This document shows positions 1 to 10,117 of a stretch of 64,000 nucleotides of DNA, one piece after another (within the stretch, counting starts at the first letter, position 1; each line of letters starts with the position of its first letter). The notes under the pieces were generated by a model. It saw only the letters and a list, made by a program, of their open reading frames with translations, did not search any database and was not told the DNA's origin. Source of the stretch: a virus; IMG/VR virus record IMGVR_UViG_3300035670_000113, positions 1 to 64,000 of that record, one strand, 5' to 3'. The position numbers and the translations under genes were made by a program.

Positions 1-1
1 A

Positions 2-1093
2 CTGTCATCAAAGATTAATAGTACTGAAGATGCATTTCAATCACTGCTGGCTATTAGTACTTCTGGTAGCAAAGAACAGCTAGATTATATTATACAACTT
101 GTAGGTGAGATAGATAGACTAAATACAGAATTAAGAGACCTAAATCTTACTGAAGAGGAACGCAAGAAGAGACTTGAAGAAGTAAAGAGACTCTCAGAGA
201 CTGGAGCCAGTCTTCTGGACCTTGCTATGCAATCAACACAGAAAGAGACAGCATCTCAAAGTAATTTCGAGATTTTGGATAAAAGAGACATGGCAGATCC
301 AGGATATGATGCTCTTATGGATATGTACAACAAGACGCTTGCTCAGTATCAATCCTTTAAAGATCCAAATGGAAATCCTTTATTCCAACCAGAAGAGCAA
401 GATGTTGGAATAATCTTCAAAGATGGAAATGAGAAGTTACACGTAGATTTAAGACTTCTACAAATTGCTATGGATAAGTTGATTGATGTAAATCAAAAGC
501 AGTTAGATGGTCTGTATAACATGCCTGAAGGGTCATACTTCTGGATACCTTCTACAATACTTCCGTATATTGCTAGTGGAGGTGGAGGAGGTACTACAAC
601 CACCGAAACAACCCCTGCTACACTTGCACCAGTATCTACTACGGTAGAAACTACTAAGGATGTTACTGGAGAGAGTGCCAAGATAGAACGTATGGAAGCT
701 GAAGAAGCTACAGTTCAGTTACCCGTATGGGATGCTGGACTTGCTAGGACACAAAGCAGAGAAGCATCTTCATTAGAAGCAGAGGAAGAAACCGGCTCAT
801 CTAAAGTTATATCTGACGTATCATCTGCACTCACTAACATGGTACTTAAACTTAGCGAGTTTCTAAATAACAATCTAAATCCATTAGACTGGATGGGATT
901 AAGAGGAGACTCTGAATCTTCTGGTCAGGTTAATACTGCTCCAGTTTCAAGAGTTGATTTAAAGTTTGAGTCTACTACACAACTTGTTGTAGATGGAAGA
1001 GTGCTATTTGAAACTATGAAGCCTTATATGGCAGAGGATATAGCAGCTGCAGAGGCTGCCAATGGAACTGTTACACGTTCCTTTGTAATTTAG
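2..1093 (+). CDS. Tail tape-measure protein, C-terminal part (truncated by window start)
   Basis: Frame is open from base 2 through the listed ATG at 227 to TAG at 1093. Helical/low-complexity sequence ending in a typical TMP-like tail (LVVDGRVL), directly upstream of tail-tip genes. Confidence 0.65.
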   Translation: MSSKINSTEDAFQSLLAISTSGSKEQLDYIIQLVGEIDRLNTELRDLNLTEEERKKRLEEVKRLSETGASLLDLAMQSTQKETASQSNFEILDKRDMADPGYDALMDMYNKTLAQYQSFKDPNGNPLFQPEEQDVGIIFKDGNEKLHVDLRLLQIAMDKLIDVNQKQLDGLYNMPEGSYFWIPSTILPYIASGGGGGTTTTETTPATLAPVSTTVETTKDVTGESAKIERMEAEEATVQLPVWDAGLARTQSREASSLEAEEETGSSKVISDVSSALTNMVLKLSEFLNNNLNPLDWMGLRGDSESSGQVNTAPVSRVDLKFESTTQLVVDGRVLFETMKPYMAEDIAAAEAANGTVTRSFVI

Positions 1094-1103
1094 GAGACTA
1101 AAA

Positions 1104-1463
1104 ATGGCTTGGTATTTAAATAACACAAGAATTTTTGTACAAGAACATAAAAAAGTAGGTACACAGATTATACCGAGACTGCAACCACTGACAGGGGGAA
1201 CAGTGCATCAGTTCTTTGGGTATGAAAGTCCGATAGTAAAACTGGCAGCCCTTGTTGTTGGAAACACAGACAAAGATGCCCTTGAGGACATGTATCAGAG
1301 TACATCGTCAGTTGTACTATCTGGTCCCTACGATATATATAAAAGTTATTATATGCACAGTATTGAAACTGGTATTGAACCAGCAACATGTCAAACTATT
1401 AGAACAGACCTTGCAGAGGATGCTCCAGTATATACAATCTTGATGGAACTATACGAGGTATAA
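1104..1463 (+). CDS. Putative distal tail / tail-tip protein
   Basis: GGAG RBS, 119 aa, position immediately after the tape measure. Confidence 0.45.
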   Translation: MAWYLNNTRIFVQEHKKVGTQIIPRLQPLTGGTVHQFFGYESPIVKLAALVVGNTDKDALEDMYQSTSSVVLSGPYDIYKSYYMHSIETGIEPATCQTIRTDLAEDAPVYTILMELYEV

Positions 1464-1464
1464 A

Positions 1465-2406
1465 ATGCCTATATTAGATGCATCAGTAACTGGAACAAGC
1501 GGACTTATATCTATAGTAGTATCAGATAGCTATACTGCTGCTACAGCTACGGCGGTTATCACCGCTCTAGATACAAACCTCGATATCGGGGACAGTGTTT
1601 CCGTATATTTAGGATACTCTACTGGAATAAATAGAGTTTTCCAGGGGTATGTTAAATCTATGGAAAGAAAGGAAACTGAGCGTGTTTACACGATAACAGC
1701 TGCTAATGCCATGATACGGGCCGTAGATTACTTTATTGTGTCACCAGACGGGCCTGAATACCCCTACAGGTGGCGTGGGGTGGATGCAGAAGACTTGGTG
1801 GGGGACATTCTAGGCATGGCAGGGCTTACAAACTACTATGGGGGAAACTCTGGGTTTACATTTGGTATAAATACAGATGTTGAAGTAAATCTAACATCTG
1901 CGTATGACTATGCTCACTTTATTGCCAGCATTTTAGCGTGGCACGTTTATTGTGATGATAATGGTAAATGTTGGTTTGTAAACAGGCCTCCATACCCCAG
2001 TGGAGATACGAGCATAGCTACAGTCACAAATTCTTCCATAATTCAGGCACAGTATATGGAGTCTGATAGAGACCTTAGAAACAGGGTTGTTGTTTATGGA
2101 GCTGAAGGAATTGTTGCTGAGGCTAAAGCCGCATCCCCATATCTACCCGCAGGATTTTATAAAAGTGTTGTTTTAGCATCCCCAATAATAGATGTTCAGA
2201 GCGTAGCAGATGCAGCAGCAGCATACAACTTGGCAAAACTTAATAGACTTACTAAAAGACTTAATGCTAGTATTATTGGTAATCCAAGTATAAACTGCAG
2301 AAATTGCATTAATGTTACAGGTTGGGGAGGACAGTACTTTGTCTACGGTATAGAACACAACTGGTCAAGAAGTGGCTATATGACAAATATGGAATTGAGG
2401 AAATAA
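1465..2406 (+). CDS. Baseplate hub / Tal-like protein 1
   Basis: RVFQGYV and LRNRVVVYG segments and C-terminal YFVYGIEHNWS strand pattern resemble gp27-like hub proteins. Confidence 0.55.
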   Translation: MPILDASVTGTSGLISIVVSDSYTAATATAVITALDTNLDIGDSVSVYLGYSTGINRVFQGYVKSMERKETERVYTITAANAMIRAVDYFIVSPDGPEYPYRWRGVDAEDLVGDILGMAGLTNYYGGNSGFTFGINTDVEVNLTSAYDYAHFIASILAWHVYCDDNGKCWFVNRPPYPSGDTSIATVTNSSIIQAQYMESDRDLRNRVVVYGAEGIVAEAKAASPYLPAGFYKSVVLASPIIDVQSVADAAAAYNLAKLNRLTKRLNASIIGNPSINCRNCINVTGWGGQYFVYGIEHNWSRSGYMTNMELRK

Positions 2407-5400
2407 ATGGATTTAGTAAATGTTTTTCATGGAAGTACAAACATTACAGAATATGTAATTTCATATGAGAGAAATCAGAAGATGTGTACAGGAATACATA
2501 CACTATCTCTGACCTTATCTCCTGGCCTGTCTTTTACTCCCTGGGATGTTTTGAGGATATACGAGGAAGGAAATTTAAATGGGGAGTTTTACGTCAGCAG
2601 TTATGGACCTAAGAAACCAAACAATGAGTATATAGTAACGGCTCAGTGTGGTTCAAAACGTCTGGTTGATTATTTTATAGCGGAATCATATACTATAGAA
2701 TATCCTACCTATGCAAGAAGTTGGATAGAACAATTTCTTACGGAGGCAGGTGTAACTTATGAATTTACTACAGAGAGTTATGGGAGCCTTCTTTCTAATA
2801 ACACAACTCTTGGACTGATGAGTGCTTATGACCAGATAATGTATCTACTGCAAATCAGTGGATGGTACATGTATTTTGATGAAAGAAATACTTGCAAGAT
2901 AGGCAAAATGGATGTTGACTATGGAAGAACAAGAGGGACATTTACTAATAGGAAGCTGCTAAGCATTAAACTTGTTAAGCACGATAAAATGTTGAGAAAC
3001 AGGGCTGTAGTGTACGGTAATGTTGATCCATTCACTGGACAGCAGATTATTACAGACATTAGTACAATTACACCCTGGAACTATGATGAGAATGATTTAA
3101 GAGCGGTTGTGGTATCTAATTCCAATATCCCAAACCAAAGCTCTGCAGATACCCTTGCATCACAGATACTCAGTGAGTTTGCAGACATTACTCAAGAAAA
3201 ACACATAACTTTTCACGGTGGAAGTAAATTACACATCGGAGAAGTAGTCAGAATTTCCAACAAAATATTTAATGGAAAAGGTGTAGTTACCACACAGGGT
3301 GCATCTTTGAGCAGAGAAGGACTTGTTGGAATGGCAATATTGGATGAAAGATGCCCAAGACTGTGGGCCTTCTTTGATTATGGTGACTATGTTTATGTTG
3401 GAACTGTAAGTAGTGGAGTATATAGAAAACACATCCTTTGGGATCATACGTGGAGTGGATTCAATGAGGGACTTACAGAGTCTGGCATATCTGACCTGTT
3501 TGTGCGTGGAGGAGTTGCTACGTGCGTCACATTCAGCGGACTCGCATGGGTAACTCTAGCTGAAGAAGTTAAGGCAGCATGGAGTGGAATAATCATTCCT
3601 CCACTAATGACATTTAGTGGAGAGAATAGTGATAGAACACTGTATCCAAGTGGAGATATGTTAGTAGAATCTGGACTAATGGCTAGAGGAGTTATACACG
3701 ATAAAGTTACTAATAATATAAGACTTTTGGTGGATAACTACTCTGGAGGTAATTATCCAGGATTCTTTGATATGTATTCAGGAGTTTTTATTAATGCTAG
3801 TGGTATTACAGCAGAAATGTTCTCAGGACTTCGGGCTTGGGTACTGGACTACACAACCAGTGGAAATCCTGGAGATGATACATCTGCTGACTATGTTAGT
3901 GGATATTATGGATCTCCCATATTGGTGAGTTCATATCCTATAGAAGTATCTGGAAATTTTGGATTTATAGGAATAGACATAGAAAATGATGGCAGATATG
4001 ACTACGTATCCGTTGCTACTTCTGGAGAAGGAGTGCCAACTAATCCAAGTGGAGAATATAATTTTGGATACAGGGGTCCAGTATTTGGGTGGGGTCCTGA
4101 TATAAATATAAAAACAAGTATATCTAGAACTACAGACTTTTCTTCTGGTTTTACTTATACTTCAAGAAACGGTGATGATATATATCCGGCATCTGTATTT
4201 GCTTATGATGACGGAGATGTTGCAGAACTGGCATACGTAAGAAGATTGCCAGTAGGTGGTACAAATGAGGTCTGTCACCTTAAAATAACCAAAGAGTTTG
4301 ATGACTTTTGGAACGAATTCTATCCAGTTAAAACATTTACTTCAAAATCATTGACAGGAATTGGGTTTCCAATTATGGGAACACACAGGGTCGAAGAAGG
4401 TATTTTCAAGTTTTTTGATGGAGAAAAGATGTATGAGTGGGATGTTGCTAATAATACTATAACATCAGAAACAGTAAATTCTACGTCCTTCCCATATGCG
4501 CCTTCTGTCTACATTGACGGAATAGCTTATACAGCATCTGCTAATAACACAAGCAATAACCTTGTTGTTAAATTATTCTCAATAAATACACTAACAGGTG
4601 AGGTTGGAGAGAATGAGGTATTAAACTACCCCGCCGATGATTATAACAGATATAGACTATCAACAATACAGACAGGAAGAGTTAATAATAATCCAGCGTT
4701 TTTAGTTCACTATACTCATGAATATAGAAGTTCATTATTAGATGAGTGGGATACAGCACTTTATGGGGCATATATTCAGGGTCTTACAGCTGCAGGTGTT
4801 GAGCTAATACATGACTTTGAAAGACCTCTAGACTATGGTTCCCCAGACCCTATTTTTGGTATAGAGAATTATATTCAGCTTAATGACTCAACATTTGTTG
4901 GTTCAACTGTGGCAATGTTTACTGACATGACCGGAGATGATCCAGTTTATATCTGGGTAAGAATAACCCAATCAAACGGTTCCTTTAATTTTGAGCAGTT
5001 TACATCTGCCACCTTGACATTGCCACCAACCAATCCACTAGATGGCTATACTACAATTCCTCTTACTGGAACGGATGATGGTGCATTTTTAATGGAAACA
5101 GCTACTGAAACAATATGGAAGGCGGATTCAAAGTGGGGAAATCCTGTAGAGGAGTTCTTAATTGAAGGATATACGGTTGCTAATATAATACAAAATGCAG
5201 ACACTGTAACAGAAGAGATATATGTACTAGTTTATGATGATAACTATGATTACTACCTAATTCCATATGATACAGCAGGTGATGAGGCGGGTAAGAAAAT
5301 AGTATCAACCCTGTCTACTGGAGGCGATGCTACATTGACTATGGCTGGTCCCTGGGTAATAGCCTACTTTCCAAGATATGTACAAAACGAGTTTTCTACA

Positions 5401-6063
5401 GTTCAAGCAGATTCTTCTATCAGATACCTTTATAACAAAGGCGGAATTTCTTCTGGAATAACTTTCTTAGTCTTACAAAGGGATGGTGGTGTCTTTTATG
5501 TGCTGCAAAGTGGTGGATACCCCTATAGGCTGGATGTATCAGCAGTATCACCGCTTCTTACTGTTCAGGAAACTCTGGGAACATCAAGAAGTATGTATGT
5601 GACAGGGCCTGGAATGTTTGTTGACGATTTTGGTGGAGCACTAACATATGGAGATACTCCAGTACATGATTATAGATATACAACACTAGATTCTGTGGCA
5701 TCTGGTATAATTCTAAATGACGTAACAGTTTCAGGTGGTTCTAGAAGTATGGTATTTGTTGTAGAGAGCGGCCTGGTTTTAGCATCTGGCATATTCTTTA
5801 CAGATCTGTCTCTGAGCATGGGAGTATATGATATTTCATATCTTATCAGTGGTGTCCCAGTTCAAATGTCAGGAGTTCCAGAGTTAATAGAAACTACAAA
5901 CTACAGTTTCCCAGACCAGTTTATATTTGCTACATCAAGTGGAGAAGAAGGTCTCTACAGGTTCTATCAAAAGAACCCTAGTGGACTTATGTTTCAAGAG
6001 CATATAAGCGGATTTCCAATGGACTCTAGAACTACTATAATCAGAGTAGAGGATAAAATTTAA
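2407..6063 (+). CDS. Large tail protein: N-terminal hub-like domain plus beta-rich extension
   Basis: 1218 aa. The first ~320 aa parallel the previous gene (LRNRAVVYG); YVYVGTVSSGVYR is propeller-like. Confidence 0.6.
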   Translation: MDLVNVFHGSTNITEYVISYERNQKMCTGIHTLSLTLSPGLSFTPWDVLRIYEEGNLNGEFYVSSYGPKKPNNEYIVTAQCGSKRLVDYFIAESYTIEYPTYARSWIEQFLTEAGVTYEFTTESYGSLLSNNTTLGLMSAYDQIMYLLQISGWYMYFDERNTCKIGKMDVDYGRTRGTFTNRKLLSIKLVKHDKMLRNRAVVYGNVDPFTGQQIITDISTITPWNYDENDLRAVVVSNSNIPNQSSADTLASQILSEFADITQEKHITFHGGSKLHIGEVVRISNKIFNGKGVVTTQGASLSREGLVGMAILDERCPRLWAFFDYGDYVYVGTVSSGVYRKHILWDHTWSGFNEGLTESGISDLFVRGGVATCVTFSGLAWVTLAEEVKAAWSGIIIPPLMTFSGENSDRTLYPSGDMLVESGLMARGVIHDKVTNNIRLLVDNYSGGNYPGFFDMYSGVFINASGITAEMFSGLRAWVLDYTTSGNPGDDTSADYVSGYYGSPILVSSYPIEVSGNFGFIGIDIENDGRYDYVSVATSGEGVPTNPSGEYNFGYRGPVFGWGPDINIKTSISRTTDFSSGFTYTSRNGDDIYPASVFAYDDGDVAELAYVRRLPVGGTNEVCHLKITKEFDDFWNEFYPVKTFTSKSLTGIGFPIMGTHRVEEGIFKFFDGEKMYEWDVANNTITSETVNSTSFPYAPSVYIDGIAYTASANNTSNNLVVKLFSINTLTGEVGENEVLNYPADDYNRYRLSTIQTGRVNNNPAFLVHYTHEYRSSLLDEWDTALYGAYIQGLTAAGVELIHDFERPLDYGSPDPIFGIENYIQLNDSTFVGSTVAMFTDMTGDDPVYIWVRITQSNGSFNFEQFTSATLTLPPTNPLDGYTTIPLTGTDDGAFLMETATETIWKADSKWGNPVEEFLIEGYTVANIIQNADTVTEEIYVLVYDDNYDYYLIPYDTAGDEAGKKIVSTLSTGGDATLTMAGPWVIAYFPRYVQNEFSTVQADSSIRYLYNKGGISSGITFLVLQRDGGVFYVLQSGGYPYRLDVSAVSPLLTVQETLGTSRSMYVTGPGMFVDDFGGALTYGDTPVHDYRYTTLDSVASGIILNDVTVSGGSRSMVFVVESGLVLASGIFFTDLSLSMGVYDISYLISGVPVQMSGVPELIETTNYSFPDQFIFATSSGEEGLYRFYQKNPSGLMFQEHISGFPMDSRTTIIRVEDKI

Positions 6064-7460
6064 TGGGAACTTTTGAATTACAAATCTTAGAATATATAAA
6101 TAGTGCTATTAGACAAAGCAGGGCACAGGCTCTTATACTCGGCTCAAGACCTGGAGGATACGTTGGACAACTTCCACAAACCAGAGTACAGTATGATATA
6201 AATGAGTTAGCAACAAGTGGTACTCCTATTTCTGGATATTCCATGCTTGATAACTTAAACCACATAAGGTATAGAATACAAGTACTGGAAAGTGGAGGAA
6301 CACCATCATCTTTCAGTGGGGCATTTACAGATCTATCAGATACACCTAGTACTTATACAGGAAATGCTGGAAAGATTCTTATTGTAAATGCTACTGAAAG
6401 TGGTATAGAGTTCACCTCTTATGTTCCATCGTCTGGAACTACTACGCTATCTGGCATTGCATCAAATGATGCTGTGTTCTTTATAGATGGTGCTTTGGCT
6501 AGTGGTATTGCAATGAGTTACTCATATGTAGTTCCTAGAAACATGACAATATCAGGAATTTTTGCATATGTTGAGACTCCAGGAGATTCTGGAGACACAA
6601 TAATTGATGTCAATAAAAATGGAACAACATTATTCACTACACAGGCCAATAGACCTTCTGTAGCATATAACGATACATCTTCTATAAAAGCAGTTCCAGA
6701 TATTACAGAACTGCTAGAGGGAGACATTATAACCATAGACATTGATACTGTAGCAGAGGCAGCAGAAGATCTCACTATAGTAATAGCTGCTAATACAAAC
6801 CTGGTAGAGCAGATAGTACAGTCTGGAGCATCAACCTTTATAGAACTTTCAGATACTCCAATAGATTATACAGGAGATGCTGGTAAGTTTCTTGTTGTCA
6901 ACCCAACAGAGGATGGAATTATATTCTCTGGATACACACCATCCGACTTCAATTTGACGGTAAAAGAGGCAGATGGAAACCCATCTATTAGTAATATTAG
7001 CACAATTGTATTCAGTGGTGCTATAATTAGTGATGATGGTGGAGGCCAAGTAACTGTTACTGTTTCTGGTGGTACTTCAACAGGAACTTTCATACAACAT
7101 AGCCAGGCAGTACTAACAGTTGGTGGAGTACTAAGTAGTACCGGAGTAAAACCATTAAGAATATATACTCCAGATGTTGCAAGTGGTGCTACTATAGAAG
7201 AGATATATGTTGCAGTTAATACAGCTCCAGCAAGTACAGCATTAAGAGTAAGAGTTTTAAAGGGCGGGTCTACAATTTTTAGTGGAACCGATTATATAGA
7301 AGTATCCTTAGGAAGTAATACTGCTTCAAGAACTACAAATTTTGTAAGTACATCTTTATCAAAGAATGACTATTTTACAATAGAGATAGTTCAAGGGGAT
7401 AGTACAGCCAGTGATCTGTCTGTACATATAAGATATAAATGGACACTTGACAGTGATTAG
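6063..7460 (+). CDS. Tail fibre / receptor-binding protein with internal duplication
   Basis: Two copies of FxxLSDTPxxYTGxAGKxLxVNxTExGIxF; S/G/T-rich; tail context. Confidence 0.6.
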   Translation: MGTFELQILEYINSAIRQSRAQALILGSRPGGYVGQLPQTRVQYDINELATSGTPISGYSMLDNLNHIRYRIQVLESGGTPSSFSGAFTDLSDTPSTYTGNAGKILIVNATESGIEFTSYVPSSGTTTLSGIASNDAVFFIDGALASGIAMSYSYVVPRNMTISGIFAYVETPGDSGDTIIDVNKNGTTLFTTQANRPSVAYNDTSSIKAVPDITELLEGDIITIDIDTVAEAAEDLTIVIAANTNLVEQIVQSGASTFIELSDTPIDYTGDAGKFLVVNPTEDGIIFSGYTPSDFNLTVKEADGNPSISNISTIVFSGAIISDDGGGQVTVTVSGGTSTGTFIQHSQAVLTVGGVLSSTGVKPLRIYTPDVASGATIEEIYVAVNTAPASTALRVRVLKGGSTIFSGTDYIEVSLGSNTASRTTNFVSTSLSKNDYFTIEIVQGDSTASDLSVHIRYKWTLDSD

Positions 7461-7471
7461 GAGATTTAATA

Positions 7472-8467
7472 ATGGCTAGAATTTTAACAGAAGGATTTGA
7501 GTTGCAGGACATGGTGGGCTTTTCTACATCTACTATCGGTTCTATTAGTACTTCAGTAAAGAGAAGCGGTAACGCATCTCTAACACTGGCTGGTGGTAAA
7601 GATTTAACATATAGCTTTCCAGCATCCTACTCTGAATTTTATATTAGAGCTGGAATATACCTTAATACTATAAATGGACTTAGCATAAGATGGTATAAGA
7701 ATTCTGTCGAGCTTGGGTCCATAAGAACGGATACTAGTGGTTCAATACTTATTTATACTAGTACAGGAACCCTAAGAGCAACAGGAACTACACCACTGAG
7801 TACAGGTATATGGTATCTTATAGAAATAAAGGTGTTAATAAATGATACAACTGGCTCTATAGAAGTTAAGTTAGATGGGGCAAGTGAGGTATCCTTTTCT
7901 GGTGATACCAAGCCTGGAACAGATACTGATGCTAATGTTATGAAATTTTATGGACTTACATCTAATGGATTTAACTTGGATGACGTAGCTCTTAATGATA
8001 CATCAGGAGGAGCAGATAATTCGTGGTGTGGTGATGGTAAAATTATAATGCTAATTCCTAATGGAAACGGAGACGCTTCTGGGCTTACTGGATCTGACGG
8101 AAACAGCACAGATAACTACCTTCTTGTGGATGAAGCACCATCAGATGATGATACCACTTACGTTGAAGGAACCGTTGTTGACACAGAAGACCTATATGCT
8201 TTAAGTAATATGACAGTATCTGGGATTACTATAAAAAGAGTTTGGGTAGCTGCAAGAGCTAAAGACACTGTTGCAAGCGGTAGAGAAATATCCCTTAATA
8301 TTAAACCAAGTGGTGGAACTACTCAACTTGGGACCAGTGTGGCACTTCTAGATTCATATACAAAAAATATTTTGGGAGATTATTACACTACCAATCCTGT
8401 AACAACATCAGCATGGCAGATATCTGAGCTGGATTCTTTACAGGCAGGTGTAAGAATTAGGAGCTAG
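7472..8467 (+). CDS. Virion protein with lectin/LamG-like beta-sandwich
   Basis: WYLIEIKV...IEVKLDG...LDDVAL pattern typical of concanavalin-like domains. Confidence 0.5.
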   Translation: MARILTEGFELQDMVGFSTSTIGSISTSVKRSGNASLTLAGGKDLTYSFPASYSEFYIRAGIYLNTINGLSIRWYKNSVELGSIRTDTSGSILIYTSTGTLRATGTTPLSTGIWYLIEIKVLINDTTGSIEVKLDGASEVSFSGDTKPGTDTDANVMKFYGLTSNGFNLDDVALNDTSGGADNSWCGDGKIIMLIPNGNGDASGLTGSDGNSTDNYLLVDEAPSDDDTTYVEGTVVDTEDLYALSNMTVSGITIKRVWVAARAKDTVASGREISLNIKPSGGTTQLGTSVALLDSYTKNILGDYYTTNPVTTSAWQISELDSLQAGVRIRS

Positions 8468-8469
8468 AT

Positions 8470-8670
8470 ATGGCATCTAGAACTACAAATCTTGGTACTA
8501 ATGTAGAATATGTAAACACCTCGAAAATAACGGTGTCAAATCTGGGGTTGAAATTGGAGTACGTTTTCCCCAGTAATATTACCGTATCAACATTAGGACT
8601 AATGGTGGAGTATACTGGTACTGAGATACCAGTTTCTAACGTCTATGGACCTGATTTACAAACAATGTAG
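8470..8670 (+). CDS. Small virion-associated protein with three ~18-aa repeats
   Basis: TNLGTNVEY / SNLGLKLEY / STLGLMVEY repeats. Confidence 0.5.
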   Translation: MASRTTNLGTNVEYVNTSKITVSNLGLKLEYVFPSNITVSTLGLMVEYTGTEIPVSNVYGPDLQTM

Positions 8671-8682
8671 GAGAAATTACTA

Positions 8683-9963
8683 ATGAAGAAAAATGATAAA
8701 CAACTAGGAAAGCCTGGTATTCTTTATAAAAATACAACAGCAGCCATAGAAGCACTTACTTCAGTTGATGAAGGAAGCATAGCATACGCCACAGATACAG
8801 ATCTAATTGGAACATTTAATGGTGTAATATGGCTTTGGGGGTCCGAAGCGGCTGTTTCTGGGTTGCATAATTCTTTGGATGGTATACAGGGTGGAAGCCC
8901 AGATGATTATTACCACATCACACAGGTACAATATTCTGGGCTTGTAGGAGGAGAGGAGACCTCCCTGCACAGTCATGCGGCTGTTGCAGTCAGTGGAGCC
9001 AATGGACACATAATTCAGGAAGAGGGCGTATCTGTAACACAGAGGTCAAAACTGAACTTTGTAGGTGAAGGTGTACTTGTACTTGATGATGAAGCCAACG
9101 ATACTACGATTGTTACAATATCAGGAACCACAGTATCTGGAACCACATCATCTGGAACATCATATACTGATGAGCAAGCCCAGGACGCAGTTGGGAGTAT
9201 ACTAAATACAACCCTGGTGTATGATGATGATGCCCCATCAATTGGTCGTGCAACAATCTCAGGAGACGTAAGCGTTCTTGCTGGAAGCAATGTATCTACA
9301 ATACAAAATGATGTTGTTACTAATGCTAAGTTGGCAGAAATGACCAGTTACACCCTTAAAGGAAATGGAACAGGGGCCACTGCTAATCCAACAGACTTAA
9401 CTCTAAACAATGTTTTAGATTGGAAATCTGCAATAGCTGGAGCAATGCTTTACCGTTCAGCATCTTCGTGGGTTGGACTTACGGGTCCAACAGCAACAAC
9501 ACAGTTTCTTGGAGTAACCTATGATGCTGGAACTGAGGTATACTTACCAGAGTGGAGAAATGGCCCCGGATATGTTTTGCAGGGAATGGCTACAAACCAA
9601 ACATCTACAACAGATGGCCAAACAGTATACTGGGGATTAATTGACCGTCTTCCAACAGCCACTGCTGGAGACCATAGGGTTTATATACCATTTGCTGGAA
9701 CGATCAAGATTGCGTATATCTTTACACAATCTGGAACTGCCGGATCTGGACAAGACTGGTCAGTGTATATTAGATTAAATAATACAACAGATACCCTGGT
9801 TCAGACAATCGGGTCAACATCAGCAGTAAGAGTTTTTACGAATACTGGTTTATCCATTGCTGTAGCACAGGGAGACTACATAGAAATAAAAGAAGTTCAT
9901 CCAACATGGACAACAAATCCAGTTAATATTAGACGCAACTTCTCAATCTATGTGGCAATATAA
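8683..9963 (+). CDS. Tail fibre protein
   Basis: HNSLDGIQGG..YYH, YTDEQAQDAVG and VTNAKLA fibre-type repeats. Confidence 0.6.
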   Translation: MKKNDKQLGKPGILYKNTTAAIEALTSVDEGSIAYATDTDLIGTFNGVIWLWGSEAAVSGLHNSLDGIQGGSPDDYYHITQVQYSGLVGGEETSLHSHAAVAVSGANGHIIQEEGVSVTQRSKLNFVGEGVLVLDDEANDTTIVTISGTTVSGTTSSGTSYTDEQAQDAVGSILNTTLVYDDDAPSIGRATISGDVSVLAGSNVSTIQNDVVTNAKLAEMTSYTLKGNGTGATANPTDLTLNNVLDWKSAIAGAMLYRSASSWVGLTGPTATTQFLGVTYDAGTEVYLPEWRNGPGYVLQGMATNQTSTTDGQTVYWGLIDRLPTATAGDHRVYIPFAGTIKIAYIFTQSGTAGSGQDWSVYIRLNNTTDTLVQTIGSTSAVRVFTNTGLSIAVAQGDYIEIKEVHPTWTTNPVNIRRNFSIYVAI

Positions 9964-9985
9964 TACCATAAATAGGAGATATAAC

Positions 9986-10069
9986 ATGTTCGCATATTTA
10001 CCAGTGATTATTTTTATAATTAACTTTGTGGGAAGAGTTTTTATTGGACCAGCTATTAGAGTATTCTAG
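9986..10069 (+). CDS. 27-aa hydrophobic peptide upstream of endolysin
   Basis: AGGAG RBS; MFAYLPVIIFIINFVGRVFIGPAIRVF. Confidence 0.35.
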   Translation: MFAYLPVIIFIINFVGRVFIGPAIRVF

Positions 10070-10078
10070 TAGCAATAT

Positions 10079-10102
10079 GGGGAGGGAGATTTCTCCCTCC
10101 CC
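10079..10102. terminator. GC-rich hairpin (terminator or processing site)
   Basis: GGGGAGGGAGA-TT-TCTCCCTCCCC. Confidence 0.45.
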
Positions 10103-10117
10103 AATAAAGAGATTAAT

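Noticed and set aside
9986-10069. YLPVI as a mimic of a Chloroflexota C-terminal sorting motif, used to infer the host
   Set aside because: Five residues are too little evidence; the host cannot be assigned from this window
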